Shown here: positions 46,406 to 54,197 of the stretch, piece after piece | Layout: each line of letters begins with the position of its first letter | Position numbering within the stretch: the stretch's first letter is position 1 | Source of the DNA: Verrucomicrobiales bacterium | GTDB lineage: Bacteria; Verrucomicrobiota; Verrucomicrobiia; Limisphaerales; UBA9464 | Direction of reading: 5' to 3' | NCBI GenBank assembly: GCA_005793375.1 | Contig: SXSK01000192.1 | Location: 2,039 to 66,038 of the forward strand | DNA length: 64,000 bases | Program-made: the position numbers and the translations under genes | The notes under the pieces: model-generated | Seen by the model: the letters and a program-made list of their open reading frames with translations, nothing else | Databases searched by the model: none | What the model was told of the DNA's origin: nothing

Positions 46406-48478
46406 CTATTTCACGTCGGCAGTTAGCAGCTGTAGCAACGCGGCGTCTTTTTCTGGACCGGTCAGAAAATCAAGCGATCGAATGAACCTTGGCCGCTCGG
46501 CTTCGGTGGTGGATTTGTCCTGGATGATTTTCACCAACAACTCCGGAGTGCGCTTGGCGCGCGAACGCCAGATGATATCCCTTGAGGAGGTGGTATTCCA
46601 TAACCCATTCTTTAGTTCCAAGTAAGCACCCAGACAGGCATCCCAATTCTTGTCCGCACCGATACCCAAGGCTTCCACATACCATCGATCCTTCCCGTCA
46701 TGTTTGCTGGCGAGTTGAGCCCAGAGTTTGGGCATCTCCGCGGATCTGTGATGGCGAAGGACTAACGCGCATTCACGTCTCACTTGTGGAGAAGGGTCCG
46801 AAACCAATCCCTGGACCAATGGGATCAGATCCAGTCCACGCTCTTTAGCAATCCGAAGTCCTGTGACCCGCAAGTCCGGGTTTGAGTCTTTTAGAGCGAG
46901 AGCGACATAACGCGCTTCGGAACTTTTGATCCGGGCTAGAAGCTGAAGCGCTCGGGCACGATAGCGTGGATTGGCGTCGTTCCAAAGTTTGAGCAACTCA
47001 CTCTCTGCGGATCCCTGCAAGGCATTCAGCTTCTGCCAGGCCAGCCCGCGGGTTACGACATTGGGTGAACGGAGGGCCGCGACAGCGCCCTTCGCGGAAT
47101 TCAGATCGATCGCGGGCGTCGTACTCTTGTGCCCTTTGGGGGCCACGCGATAGATGCGGCCGGTCATGGTCGCCAAGGCCTGGTCGGCCATGTAGTGACC
47201 ACCCACTCCCGAATCGTTCCAGTCGGCGATATAAACGGAACCGTCTGGAGCGACGCATACGTCACTCGGCCGGAACCAGTTATCATCACTGGTCATGAGA
47301 TCGGCGATCTCCGCTCGATACCCCGCACCGTCCACGGAAACTGGATACGCCCGCACCACCTTGGGGCCGGCATCGCAGTGGATGGGCTGGCCGCGAAAAA
47401 TTGGAGGCAACAGATCGCCTTCATAAACGCAAATCCCGGTGGGAGACCCAGCCCCTGTCAGCAAGAGATTGGGCACCACACCCGGATCGTTGAGATGCCA
47501 ATGCCGTTGAGGGATTTCAGATTCCCATCCGGTGCGTTTTTGGCCCCAACTGGCGCCGGTCATCTCGTCAACATAACCGTAATTGCCGCCTTCCATCACG
47601 TAATTCACCCGGACACCCTTATTGCCATCGTCGTCGTTGTCGGGTTGCCAGCTCGTGCCGAAGGAATCTGGGGCCACTTCATAATTGTTGCGAAAGTTGT
47701 GTCCCAATACCTCCAATCTCGAGCCGTCGAGATCGCATCGGAAGGCCATGCCTTGGCGGAATGGCCGGCCCCCAGCGGTGATCTCGACCCCCTCAATGTC
47801 CTTGGCGATCGGGCATTTCATGAGGTCTTCGACAGGGATTTTACCATGGAGTGGCAACTTCCGCAGTGCATCGGTAGGCGTTCTCAGAAAGCCTCCAGCA
47901 TTGCCGAAATTAAAATACAAACGGCCATCCGGGCCGAACACAAACGCATGGGCGGCATGGTCATGATCTGCCTGCTTGGGGTCTGTGATAAATATCAGTT
48001 CGCGCGTGTCAGCCTCGTCATCACCATTGGTGTCGGTCAGCACGAAAATATAGGGCGATGCGGAGACGATGACGCGGTTTCCTAAAACCGCGATACCAAG
48101 GGCGGTATTGATGGATGGATCCTGATAAAAGGTCTTCGCACTGTCGGCGACTCCGTCAGCGTTGGTATCCTGGAGAATCTGGATCCGGTCTCCCCCGGGG
48201 CGAAGCATTCCCCATTTCTGAAAGGAAGACCGGTAATTGGCGCCTTCTGTCACCCACACCCGACCGCGGTGATCAATGTCCATGTCGGCGGGGTTCACGA
48301 CCTGAGGCTCCAGTGCGAAGAGGGTGGCTTCTAATCCTTGCGGAACCTTGGCTTGCTGGAGTTGTTGACGGGCATTGTCGAGTCCCGAACGTGTCGCGTC
48401 GGCATGGACGGGGGTGGGGATGTCCAGGGCCAAGGCGATCAGGGCCGAATGGAACCAAGCGAGTCGAGGTGTCTTCAT
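46406..48478 (-). CDS. PVC-type membrane-bound-dehydrogenase-domain / HEAT-repeat protein (no haem domain)
   Basis: Signal peptide, then 'VPQGLEATLFALEPQVVNPADMDIDHRGRVWVTEG' (TIGR02604-like), a propeller-like middle and C-terminal HEAT-like repeats. No CxxCH motif. Confidence 0.75.
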   Translation of the reverse strand: MKTPRLAWFHSALIALALDIPTPVHADATRSGLDNARQQLQQAKVPQGLEATLFALEPQVVNPADMDIDHRGRVWVTEGANYRSSFQKWGMLRPGGDRIQILQDTNADGVADSAKTFYQDPSINTALGIAVLGNRVIVSASPYIFVLTDTNGDDEADTRELIFITDPKQADHDHAAHAFVFGPDGRLYFNFGNAGGFLRTPTDALRKLPLHGKIPVEDLMKCPIAKDIEGVEITAGGRPFRQGMAFRCDLDGSRLEVLGHNFRNNYEVAPDSFGTSWQPDNDDDGNKGVRVNYVMEGGNYGYVDEMTGASWGQKRTGWESEIPQRHWHLNDPGVVPNLLLTGAGSPTGICVYEGDLLPPIFRGQPIHCDAGPKVVRAYPVSVDGAGYRAEIADLMTSDDNWFRPSDVCVAPDGSVYIADWNDSGVGGHYMADQALATMTGRIYRVAPKGHKSTTPAIDLNSAKGAVAALRSPNVVTRGLAWQKLNALQGSAESELLKLWNDANPRYRARALQLLARIKSSEARYVALALKDSNPDLRVTGLRIAKERGLDLIPLVQGLVSDPSPQVRRECALVLRHHRSAEMPKLWAQLASKHDGKDRWYVEALGIGADKNWDACLGAYLELKNGLWNTTSSRDIIWRSRAKRTPELLVKIIQDKSTTEAERPRFIRSLDFLTGPEKDAALLQLLTADVK

Positions 48479-48714
48479 AACGGGTGTTGAGGCGTAGACT
48501 AACAGTCGAGTAGGGGATGGCAGGAAGAATTTTCGTCGGTGACCTTGAGAAAATCGCGGTTGAACAGACGTTCGGAGTTCCGCCTTTTAGGCGGTTCGAG
48601 TTCATCGGGAGACTTCCTCGAAAAACCATTCGCGCATTGTTCCCAAGACCCTAACTATGAGCAAACTCAACCTGTGATCGTCTCGGGGGTTTGCGGTGGA
48701 GGCTCATCGCGCCT

Positions 48715-48753
48715 CAACAAAGGAAAAAGGGCCGGAAGAAATCCGGCCCTTTT
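48715..48753 (-). terminator. Rho-independent (bidirectional-looking) terminator
   Basis: 8-bp stem gggccgga/tccggccc (48729-48749) flanked by A5 on the left and T4 on the right. On the minus strand it is followed by 'tttttcctttg', about 34 nt (48749 to 48783) after the small lipoprotein gene. Confidence 0.8.
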
Positions 48754-48782
48754 GGGGAGTGTCCATTGAAGGGGGCGTTGGC

Positions 48783-48956
48783 TTAACGACCCTCGTAGAT
48801 GGAGGACGGGAGGCCGGATTCCCAATTCTTTGGTGTATTCCAGGGGCGTTCGTTGCTCCGGGACAAGTCCTCCTCGGTCGCTTTGCAGCCGATGAGGGAC
48901 GTGAGAACGAAGGCCAGACCGAGGAGAGCCAGACAATTGAAAATCACTTTTCTCAT
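48783..48956 (-). CDS. Small lipoprotein (57 aa), absent from the ORF track
   Basis: My own translation gives 'MRKVIFNCLALLGLAFVLTSLIGCKATEEDLSRSNERPWNTPKNWESGLPSSIYEGR'. It has a classic signal peptide and a lipobox (LIGC), with a GAAGGTG SD-like motif 5 nt upstream (48962-48968). Confidence 0.6.
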   Translation of the reverse strand: MRKVIFNCLALLGLAFVLTSLIGCKATEEDLSRSNERPWNTPKNWESGLPSSIYEGR

Positions 48957-48983
48957 GAGCACACCTTCGATGGGATTGCCGAC

Positions 48984-49739
48984 TTAGTAAAGGACGTCGT
49001 CTCCGGCCTGGACGCCCAGGCCACCCTGGGTCCACTCGGGAAGGACGTTGGCAATGCTATGATTGTCAGCGACGCTGATGATGCGGACCTTGCTGATGAG
49101 TTTGTCGCCGCGGCGAACCATCAACTTGCCGCCTTTCAGAACGCCTTTGCTCGAACCGATATTGAGGAAGACGAAATCATTGGCGGGACCGACGGACTGA
49201 ACATTTCCTTTGAGGCCGGCGGGCAAAACCACTTCGCTATTGGGATTCTTGTAGGTGTCCAATTCCTTTTGTGCTTGGACAAAGAGCTTGTTCAGCGCCG
49301 TATTGGCGGTCTTCTCCGAATCACGTTCCAATTCTGCCTTTTTGCGGGCGATCTTGAGATCCTCGATCTGATTGGGCTGGATGCCGAGAACATTCCAGCG
49401 GCCCAGTTCCTGGCGGGCGACATTCAGGTTTTTGGTGTTTTCCTCGAGTTTGGCGGCGAGGTCATCAGCGCGGGCGCGTTGTTCGGTGGCTTGGGTCGTG
49501 TAGGTATCGAGGGCGGTCTTGGTTTCAGACAACTCTCTGATGGCCTTGTCGGCGGCCGTTTTGGCCTCTTTGGCCTCCTTATCGGCCTTGGACTTTTCAG
49601 TCTGAGCCGTTGTCAGTTGTTCTTGGGTCGAGGTGAGCGTCGAGTTGAGCTCCTCAAGCTTCGGCTTGATGACCATTTGGCCGAAGTAGAGCGACGCGCC
49701 TCCCGCGAGGAGGGCTAGGACCAGACAAAGTCGGAGCAT
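48984..49739 (-). CDS. Membrane-anchored coiled-coil protein
   Basis: N-terminal TM helix 'LCLVLALLAGGASLYFG', about 150 aa of heptad-like K/E/T/A-rich sequence, and a C-terminal beta-rich domain. Confidence 0.65.
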   Translation of the reverse strand: MLRLCLVLALLAGGASLYFGQMVIKPKLEELNSTLTSTQEQLTTAQTEKSKADKEAKEAKTAADKAIRELSETKTALDTYTTQATEQRARADDLAAKLEENTKNLNVARQELGRWNVLGIQPNQIEDLKIARKKAELERDSEKTANTALNKLFVQAQKELDTYKNPNSEVVLPAGLKGNVQSVGPANDFVFLNIGSSKGVLKGGKLMVRRGDKLISKVRIISVADNHSIANVLPEWTQGGLGVQAGDDVLY

Positions 49740-49875
49740 TTTCTGAACGAATTAAGGTTTTGTGTTGGGCAGAGGTTGCTGAGGGTCGCACCGATTGTCA
49801 ACCGGCAGGGTTTTGGCCCTTGCCTGAGGAGCCCTTGACCGGGGCCATGACGGGGAATTCTCAGCGACTAAAAAG

Positions 49876-50808
49876 TTACTTCTTCTTGGGTTTCTTGGCT
49901 TTAGCGGCTTTTTTCTTGGCGCCACGGCCTTTGAATGTCAGTTCGGCAATCCCCGATTTATCCAGTTCACCGAGGCCCAATTTGGTCATCTTGGAGTATT
50001 GACCGTAGGTGGCTTTGGCGAGTGGCAGGTTGAGTTTTGCCTGCTGGGACAAGCGAAGGGCGATGCCGGAATCCTTGGCGGCGTGGGAGGCGCTGAAGAA
50101 GCAGGAATGATCCCGGTTCACCATATCTTCGCCGTCAGTGACCAACACCCGGCTGTTGGCGCCGGTCTGGCTGAAGACGTCCATGACAATTTTAAGGTCG
50201 AGGCCGAGGGCATCGGCGAGGCCGAGTCCTTCCGCGAGGCCCGCGGTGTTGATATTCATGACCATGTTGACCAGGGCCTTGAGTTGGGCGGCTTTACCTG
50301 CCGTACCGATGTACTTGAGGAGTTCGCCATCCTTGCTGAGTTTGGACAGCAGCTCTTTGGCGCGATTGAAGACCTCCGGGCGTCCACCGATCATCAGGTA
50401 CAGCGTCCCTTGGAGGGCCTGATTGATGCTGGAAGCCATACAAGCCTCGAGGCTGCGGGCGCCGGCGGCTTCGGCGCGCTTCTCGACGTCGACGTGCACG
50501 GCGGGGCTGATGGTGGCGCAGTTGATGAAAAGACGACCGGTCGCACCAGTGAGGAGGCTGTCGCCTTTTTTGGCGAAAATGCCCTCCATGGCTTTGTCAT
50601 CCGTGACGACCGTGATGACCACGTCGGACAATTCAGTGATGCGGGCCAGCTTGGTGGCGGCCTCGCAACCCAATTCCTTGGCCAGATCCTTGGCGGCTGC
50701 TGTGCGCACATCATAGACGGCGCTGACGGTGTATCCGACTTCCTTGAGGCGGCGAGCCATGTTGGCACCCATGCGTCCGACTCCGACAATTCCGATCTTC
50801 TGACTCAT
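49876..50808 (-). CDS. NAD(P)-dependent 3-hydroxyisobutyrate / 6-phosphogluconate-dehydrogenase-like oxidoreductase with a lysine-rich tail
   Basis: Rossmann motif 'IGIVGVGRMGANMA' and the family core. The C-terminus is 'KGRGAKKKAAKAKKPKKK'. Confidence 0.8.
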   Translation of the reverse strand: MSQKIGIVGVGRMGANMARRLKEVGYTVSAVYDVRTAAAKDLAKELGCEAATKLARITELSDVVITVVTDDKAMEGIFAKKGDSLLTGATGRLFINCATISPAVHVDVEKRAEAAGARSLEACMASSINQALQGTLYLMIGGRPEVFNRAKELLSKLSKDGELLKYIGTAGKAAQLKALVNMVMNINTAGLAEGLGLADALGLDLKIVMDVFSQTGANSRVLVTDGEDMVNRDHSCFFSASHAAKDSGIALRLSQQAKLNLPLAKATYGQYSKMTKLGLGELDKSGIAELTFKGRGAKKKAAKAKKPKKK

Positions 50809-51054
50809 AAATTGATAAGTAAATTTGGCGTTGCGGTGAACAAATGAACGCTAATAAACGGACAAAGCGCGTTTCCCACGGCACTCGCGCGCGGGAACGG
50901 AGTCCATTTAGCGGAGCCAAACCACCAATGCACGCGAGAAGTTGGAGAGATCACCGTAGACCCGAGCGCTTCGACCTCTTCATTGGACCGAAGATTAGCC
51001 AGATAGTTCCATGAGATGTCGTGGAATTCAACGGGTCGCTGGATCCGGACTGGA

Positions 51055-51954
51055 CTACGGGTCCAGGGAATAGCGTCTGAGACCGGACAATTGGCCGAGG
51101 ACTTTCCACACGAAGAGAGGGTTGTTGCGGAAGTACCGTTTCCAGAGTCGGCGGGGCTCTCGAAGGGTGCGGTAGAGCCATTCGAAGCCGCTGCGCTGGA
51201 TCCAACGTGGGGCTTGCTGAACCCGGCCGGCGTGGAAATCGAAAGCCGCCCCAACTCCAATCAGGATTTTGGCGTCCAGCCGTTGGTTGTAAGTCGATAC
51301 GAAGCGTTCCTGTTTTGGGGTACTGAGTCCGACCCAAAAAAAATCCGGCTGAACGGCGGCGACCTGGGCGATCAGTTGGGATTCTTCCTCCGGAGTCAGC
51401 GGTCGAAACGGTGGCGTGTAAGTGCCGACGACTCGGATACCGGGATAACGGGATTGCAGCCGCTGTTTCAACTCGTCGGCAACCCCGGTATTGCCTCCAT
51501 AGAAGAAGTGGGTGTGACCGCTGTGGCGCGTCCATTCAAAGACGTGCTCCATCAATTCGGGTCCGTAGACGCGGCTCATGGTTTTGTGCCCGGCGACACG
51601 CCCCAGCCAGACCATGGGCATGCCGTCGGGTGTGGTGAGCAGCGAGCGATTGTGGATGGCGCGCAGTTGGGAATCCGATTGAGATTCCATGACGCCATGA
51701 ACGCCGGTAACGCACACGTAGCCGCGTTGACCGTTCTCCAAGGCCTGCTTGAGCGTCGAGACAGCGGCGTCGAGATTCAGGGCGCTGATGCCAACGCCGA
51801 GGACATTCACACGAGGGGGCAAATTCACGTCTTGAGACCAGCGTAGCGAGTGAAAGGGCGAGGGGGTAGAGGAGTTTCTTGAGGATTGGAGGAGTGGGTC
51901 GGACTTTGGCTGCTGGAGACCCGCTGAACGCGCTGGAGGACCGCCGCGGTCCAA
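51055..51954 (-). CDS. WecB/TagA/CpsF-family glycosyltransferase (start uncertain)
   Basis: 'VNVLGVGISALNLDAAVSTL...GYVCVTGVHGVMES' is the family N-terminus. The listed TTG start at 51954 lies inside an intergenic repeat pair, so the true start is probably a GTG or TTG near 51800-51825. Confidence 0.7.
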   Translation of the reverse strand: MDRGGPPARSAGLQQPKSDPLLQSSRNSSTPSPFHSLRWSQDVNLPPRVNVLGVGISALNLDAAVSTLKQALENGQRGYVCVTGVHGVMESQSDSQLRAIHNRSLLTTPDGMPMVWLGRVAGHKTMSRVYGPELMEHVFEWTRHSGHTHFFYGGNTGVADELKQRLQSRYPGIRVVGTYTPPFRPLTPEEESQLIAQVAAVQPDFFWVGLSTPKQERFVSTYNQRLDAKILIGVGAAFDFHAGRVQQAPRWIQRSGFEWLYRTLREPRRLWKRYFRNNPLFVWKVLGQLSGLRRYSLDP

Positions 51955-51959
51955 AAAGG
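51903..51959. repeat. Inverted pair of hairpin-family repeats (E1 degenerate, E2 clear)
   Basis: E1 is 'ctttggctgctggagacccgctg...'. E2 (51929-51959) is 'cgcgctggaggaccgccgcggtccaaaaagg' and shares 14 identical nt (ggaggaccgccgcg) with the reverse complement of copy A. Confidence 0.55.
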
Positions 51960-52045
51960 AGGGTGATGCCAGGAGCCATCAACAAACCGACAAACAACGG
52001 TTGCCTGCCGGAGGATATCTGGCGTTGAATCGGGTTGTCACCCAC

Positions 52046-52873
52046 ATGAATCCAATGAAACTCATTCGTCGATTTGCGGTGTTAGCTGCGGCGTTGCTTG
52101 TCACCTTGTCGGTCCATGCAGAGTTGATCGACCAACTCGCCCTCCAAACGTGGACCCTGCGGAACATGAAATTCGATCAGGTGATTGAATTTGCCAAGAA
52201 GCACGGCATCAAGGAATTGCAGTTGATTCCAAACCACGTGGATTACTCCAAGGAGACGAAGGAACAGATCCTGGCGAAGAAGGCCAAGCTGGAGGCGAAC
52301 GGTTTGCACGCTTACACGTTTGGCGTCGCTGGAACCTCTCTGGACAAGCAGGAGAATCGCAAGTTGTTTGAGTTTGCGAAACTCATGGACTTCAAATTGT
52401 TGGTCGTGGAGCCATCCGATTTCAAGATTTGGGATAACCTCGAGGAATTGGCCAAGGAATATGACATCAAGGTGGCGGTGCACAATCACGGCATCCGGTC
52501 GCTTTACGGCAATCCCGCCATTGTGAAGAACATCCTCAAGCATCGCGATGCGCGTCTTGGGGTGTGTATGGATGCCGGTTGGATCACCGATGCTGGGTTC
52601 GATGCGGCCAAGATCTTTCGCGAATATGAAGGGCGGGTTTTTGATATCCACCTCAAGGACAAACGAGTGGAACATACTCAGGGTGGCAGCGTTTCGGTGG
52701 ATACCCATATCGGAGAAGGGCATACCAACTACAAGGCATTGGTGGCGGCGTTGCGTGAGATGAACTATTCGGGGAAACTGGCCATTGAGACCGACAGCCA
52801 GAGTTTCGCGGCTAACCCGGACGAGTTTGTCTCCAAGGCAAGAACGTTCATCCAGGGACAGTCAACTCGGTGA
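52046..52873 (+). CDS. Sugar phosphate isomerase/epimerase (xylose-isomerase-like TIM barrel), secreted
   Basis: Signal peptide 'MNPMKLIRRFAVLAAALLVTLSVHA', and 'VAVHNHG' and 'IETD' family motifs. Confidence 0.75.
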   Translation: MNPMKLIRRFAVLAAALLVTLSVHAELIDQLALQTWTLRNMKFDQVIEFAKKHGIKELQLIPNHVDYSKETKEQILAKKAKLEANGLHAYTFGVAGTSLDKQENRKLFEFAKLMDFKLLVVEPSDFKIWDNLEELAKEYDIKVAVHNHGIRSLYGNPAIVKNILKHRDARLGVCMDAGWITDAGFDAAKIFREYEGRVFDIHLKDKRVEHTQGGSVSVDTHIGEGHTNYKALVAALREMNYSGKLAIETDSQSFAANPDEFVSKARTFIQGQSTR

Positions 52874-53551
52874 TGCGGGAGCGGGCTCGAAGAGCTGTGC
52901 GGGACGATGAGCGCCGGCGATGTAGACTTCGTTGCGGGGTCGGATCAAGTCGGTGTGTTGAAAGCGCTTTCGGAAATTGCGTTTTTCCAATTCGCACCCC
53001 AGCACCGTTTCATGCGCCCGCTGGAGCTGTCCCCATGTGAATCGGTTCGGCAGCAGTTCCAAACAGCGCTTGGAATATGGCAACTGGGTTCGAATCCACG
53101 TCCTGACGTATTCCAGCACACGGGCGTGATTCTTGGCCAGTAGCGGAACGGAATCGACGGGCTGCCAGCGCCACCGGGGATTTTGGCCGCTGGTATATGC
53201 CCCTGCTGCATTGGGTTGGACGTAGCTTCTTGGACCGATCTGTGGCAGCAGGGTCATCAAGCCGAGATGTCCTAGGCTGACCACGTGATCAGCGGGGTTG
53301 CTGCCCGGCGATTCCGTGGAGCTTAGAGGTTCCAGGTGAGGTGGTTTTGGGGCTCCGAGTTGTTCCAACGCCGCATAGGCGGCTTCGGTAGCGTGGGTGT
53401 GACCGTCTATGCTCCCCTCTGGAAAACGCCAGAGACCTGTGGTGGTGGCTTCACGTGAGGGTGCCAATACGGTGAGGAGATCGGAGCCGTCAAATCCGAG
53501 GACGACCACCACCGCAACGCCGGCCGAAGTGGGAGCGACCGGCGTTTCCAT
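52862..53551 (-). CDS. NrtR-like Nudix-related transcriptional regulator
   Basis: The N-terminal Nudix-fold region has a degenerate box ('PEGSIDGHTHATEAAYAALEQLG'). The C-terminal winged helix reads 'LGCELEKRNFRKRFQHTDLI...GAHRPAQLFE'. The ATG at 53551 is preferred to the TTG at 53572. Confidence 0.6.
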   Translation of the reverse strand: METPVAPTSAGVAVVVVLGFDGSDLLTVLAPSREATTTGLWRFPEGSIDGHTHATEAAYAALEQLGAPKPPHLEPLSSTESPGSNPADHVVSLGHLGLMTLLPQIGPRSYVQPNAAGAYTSGQNPRWRWQPVDSVPLLAKNHARVLEYVRTWIRTQLPYSKRCLELLPNRFTWGQLQRAHETVLGCELEKRNFRKRFQHTDLIRPRNEVYIAGAHRPAQLFEPAPASPS

Positions 53552-53601
53552 GAAGGCAGAGTTCCCTTCCAAATGGGTTCGCAGAAGGAAAGGAAGCCGT
53601 G

Positions 53602-54006
53602 TCAGGGTTTATCGGTGATCTTGTTCCAGTCAACGTCATGGACATCCGCGTATCGTTTGAAAGCGCGTTCGTGCATGATGAGGACGGCGCGGGCAACGCT
53701 GGAATCGTCAGCATGACCAAGTCGACCGAGTGAATCGGGGATGATGTCCGTTTTCTTGTGGGCGTAGGTGAGAGCGAAGATGGCGGCGGCGAGGGCGTTG
53801 TAGGGGAGATCTTTGTAGGCCCCTTCAGCCACGTCTTCGACGACGGCGGCCAAGAATTCCAATTGATTGACCAAGTGGGGGTAGTGGGGCGCTTGGATCT
53901 GGGTGAACTCCATCTTCCAGAGAGGCATACTGCGCAGCACTTTTTCACAAATGGCCGGCGTCACCTGGGACGCGCCATGGATCACGTAATTCGCGATTTC
54001 GGACAT
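53602..54006 (-). CDS. DUF1232 (YkvA-like) domain protein
   Basis: 'KKTDIIPDSLGRLGHADDSSVARAVL' matches the DUF1232 'D.IPD..P..G..DD' core. The ATG at 54006 is preferred. Confidence 0.5.
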   Translation of the reverse strand: MSEIANYVIHGASQVTPAICEKVLRSMPLWKMEFTQIQAPHYPHLVNQLEFLAAVVEDVAEGAYKDLPYNALAAAIFALTYAHKKTDIIPDSLGRLGHADDSSVARAVLIMHERAFKRYADVHDVDWNKITDKP

Positions 54007-54197
54007 GGCGGCTAGACTAGCAGTGAGCCCTCGAGGAGGCAATGATGGCGTAAGGCAGGTGGTACGATGCACACCCGAATCGGACGATTGACAGAAGGGG
54101 CTCAAATTCTGGAGTGTTGCAAGGTAATACCCGTCCTGGCTGAATCCTGGTGTCAATCGGGGGCGGATTGAGTTGAACACTCACGCTGAGATGCCGC

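Noticed and set aside
47129-50847. Antisense ORFs 47129-48085 (318 aa), 48696-49718 (340 aa) and 49999-50847 (282 aa).
   Set aside because: Each mirrors a convincing minus-strand gene: the dehydrogenase-domain protein, the coiled-coil protein and the HIBADH-like enzyme. The 340-aa ORF is simply the complement of the coiled-coil repeat and gives a low-complexity G/L/E/F sequence.
52046-52873. The TIM-barrel isomerase gene looks more AT-rich than its neighbours (two 60-nt lines counted at about 47-48% GC, against about 55% for a line at 54301). This might indicate horizontal transfer.
   Set aside because: I counted only a few lines by hand. The protein is Lys/Glu/Asn-rich, which by itself lowers GC, and no mobility genes or tRNA or att-like boundaries are present. 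A proper GC and codon-usage computation is needed before any claim can be made.
53086-53097. A GGGTTCGAATCC string resembling a tRNA T-arm and T-loop.
   Set aside because: The flanking bases do not form the T-stem (ctggg versus ccacg). No acceptor, D or anticodon arms can be drawn, and the string lies inside the NrtR-like CDS. I saw no tRNA anywhere in the window.
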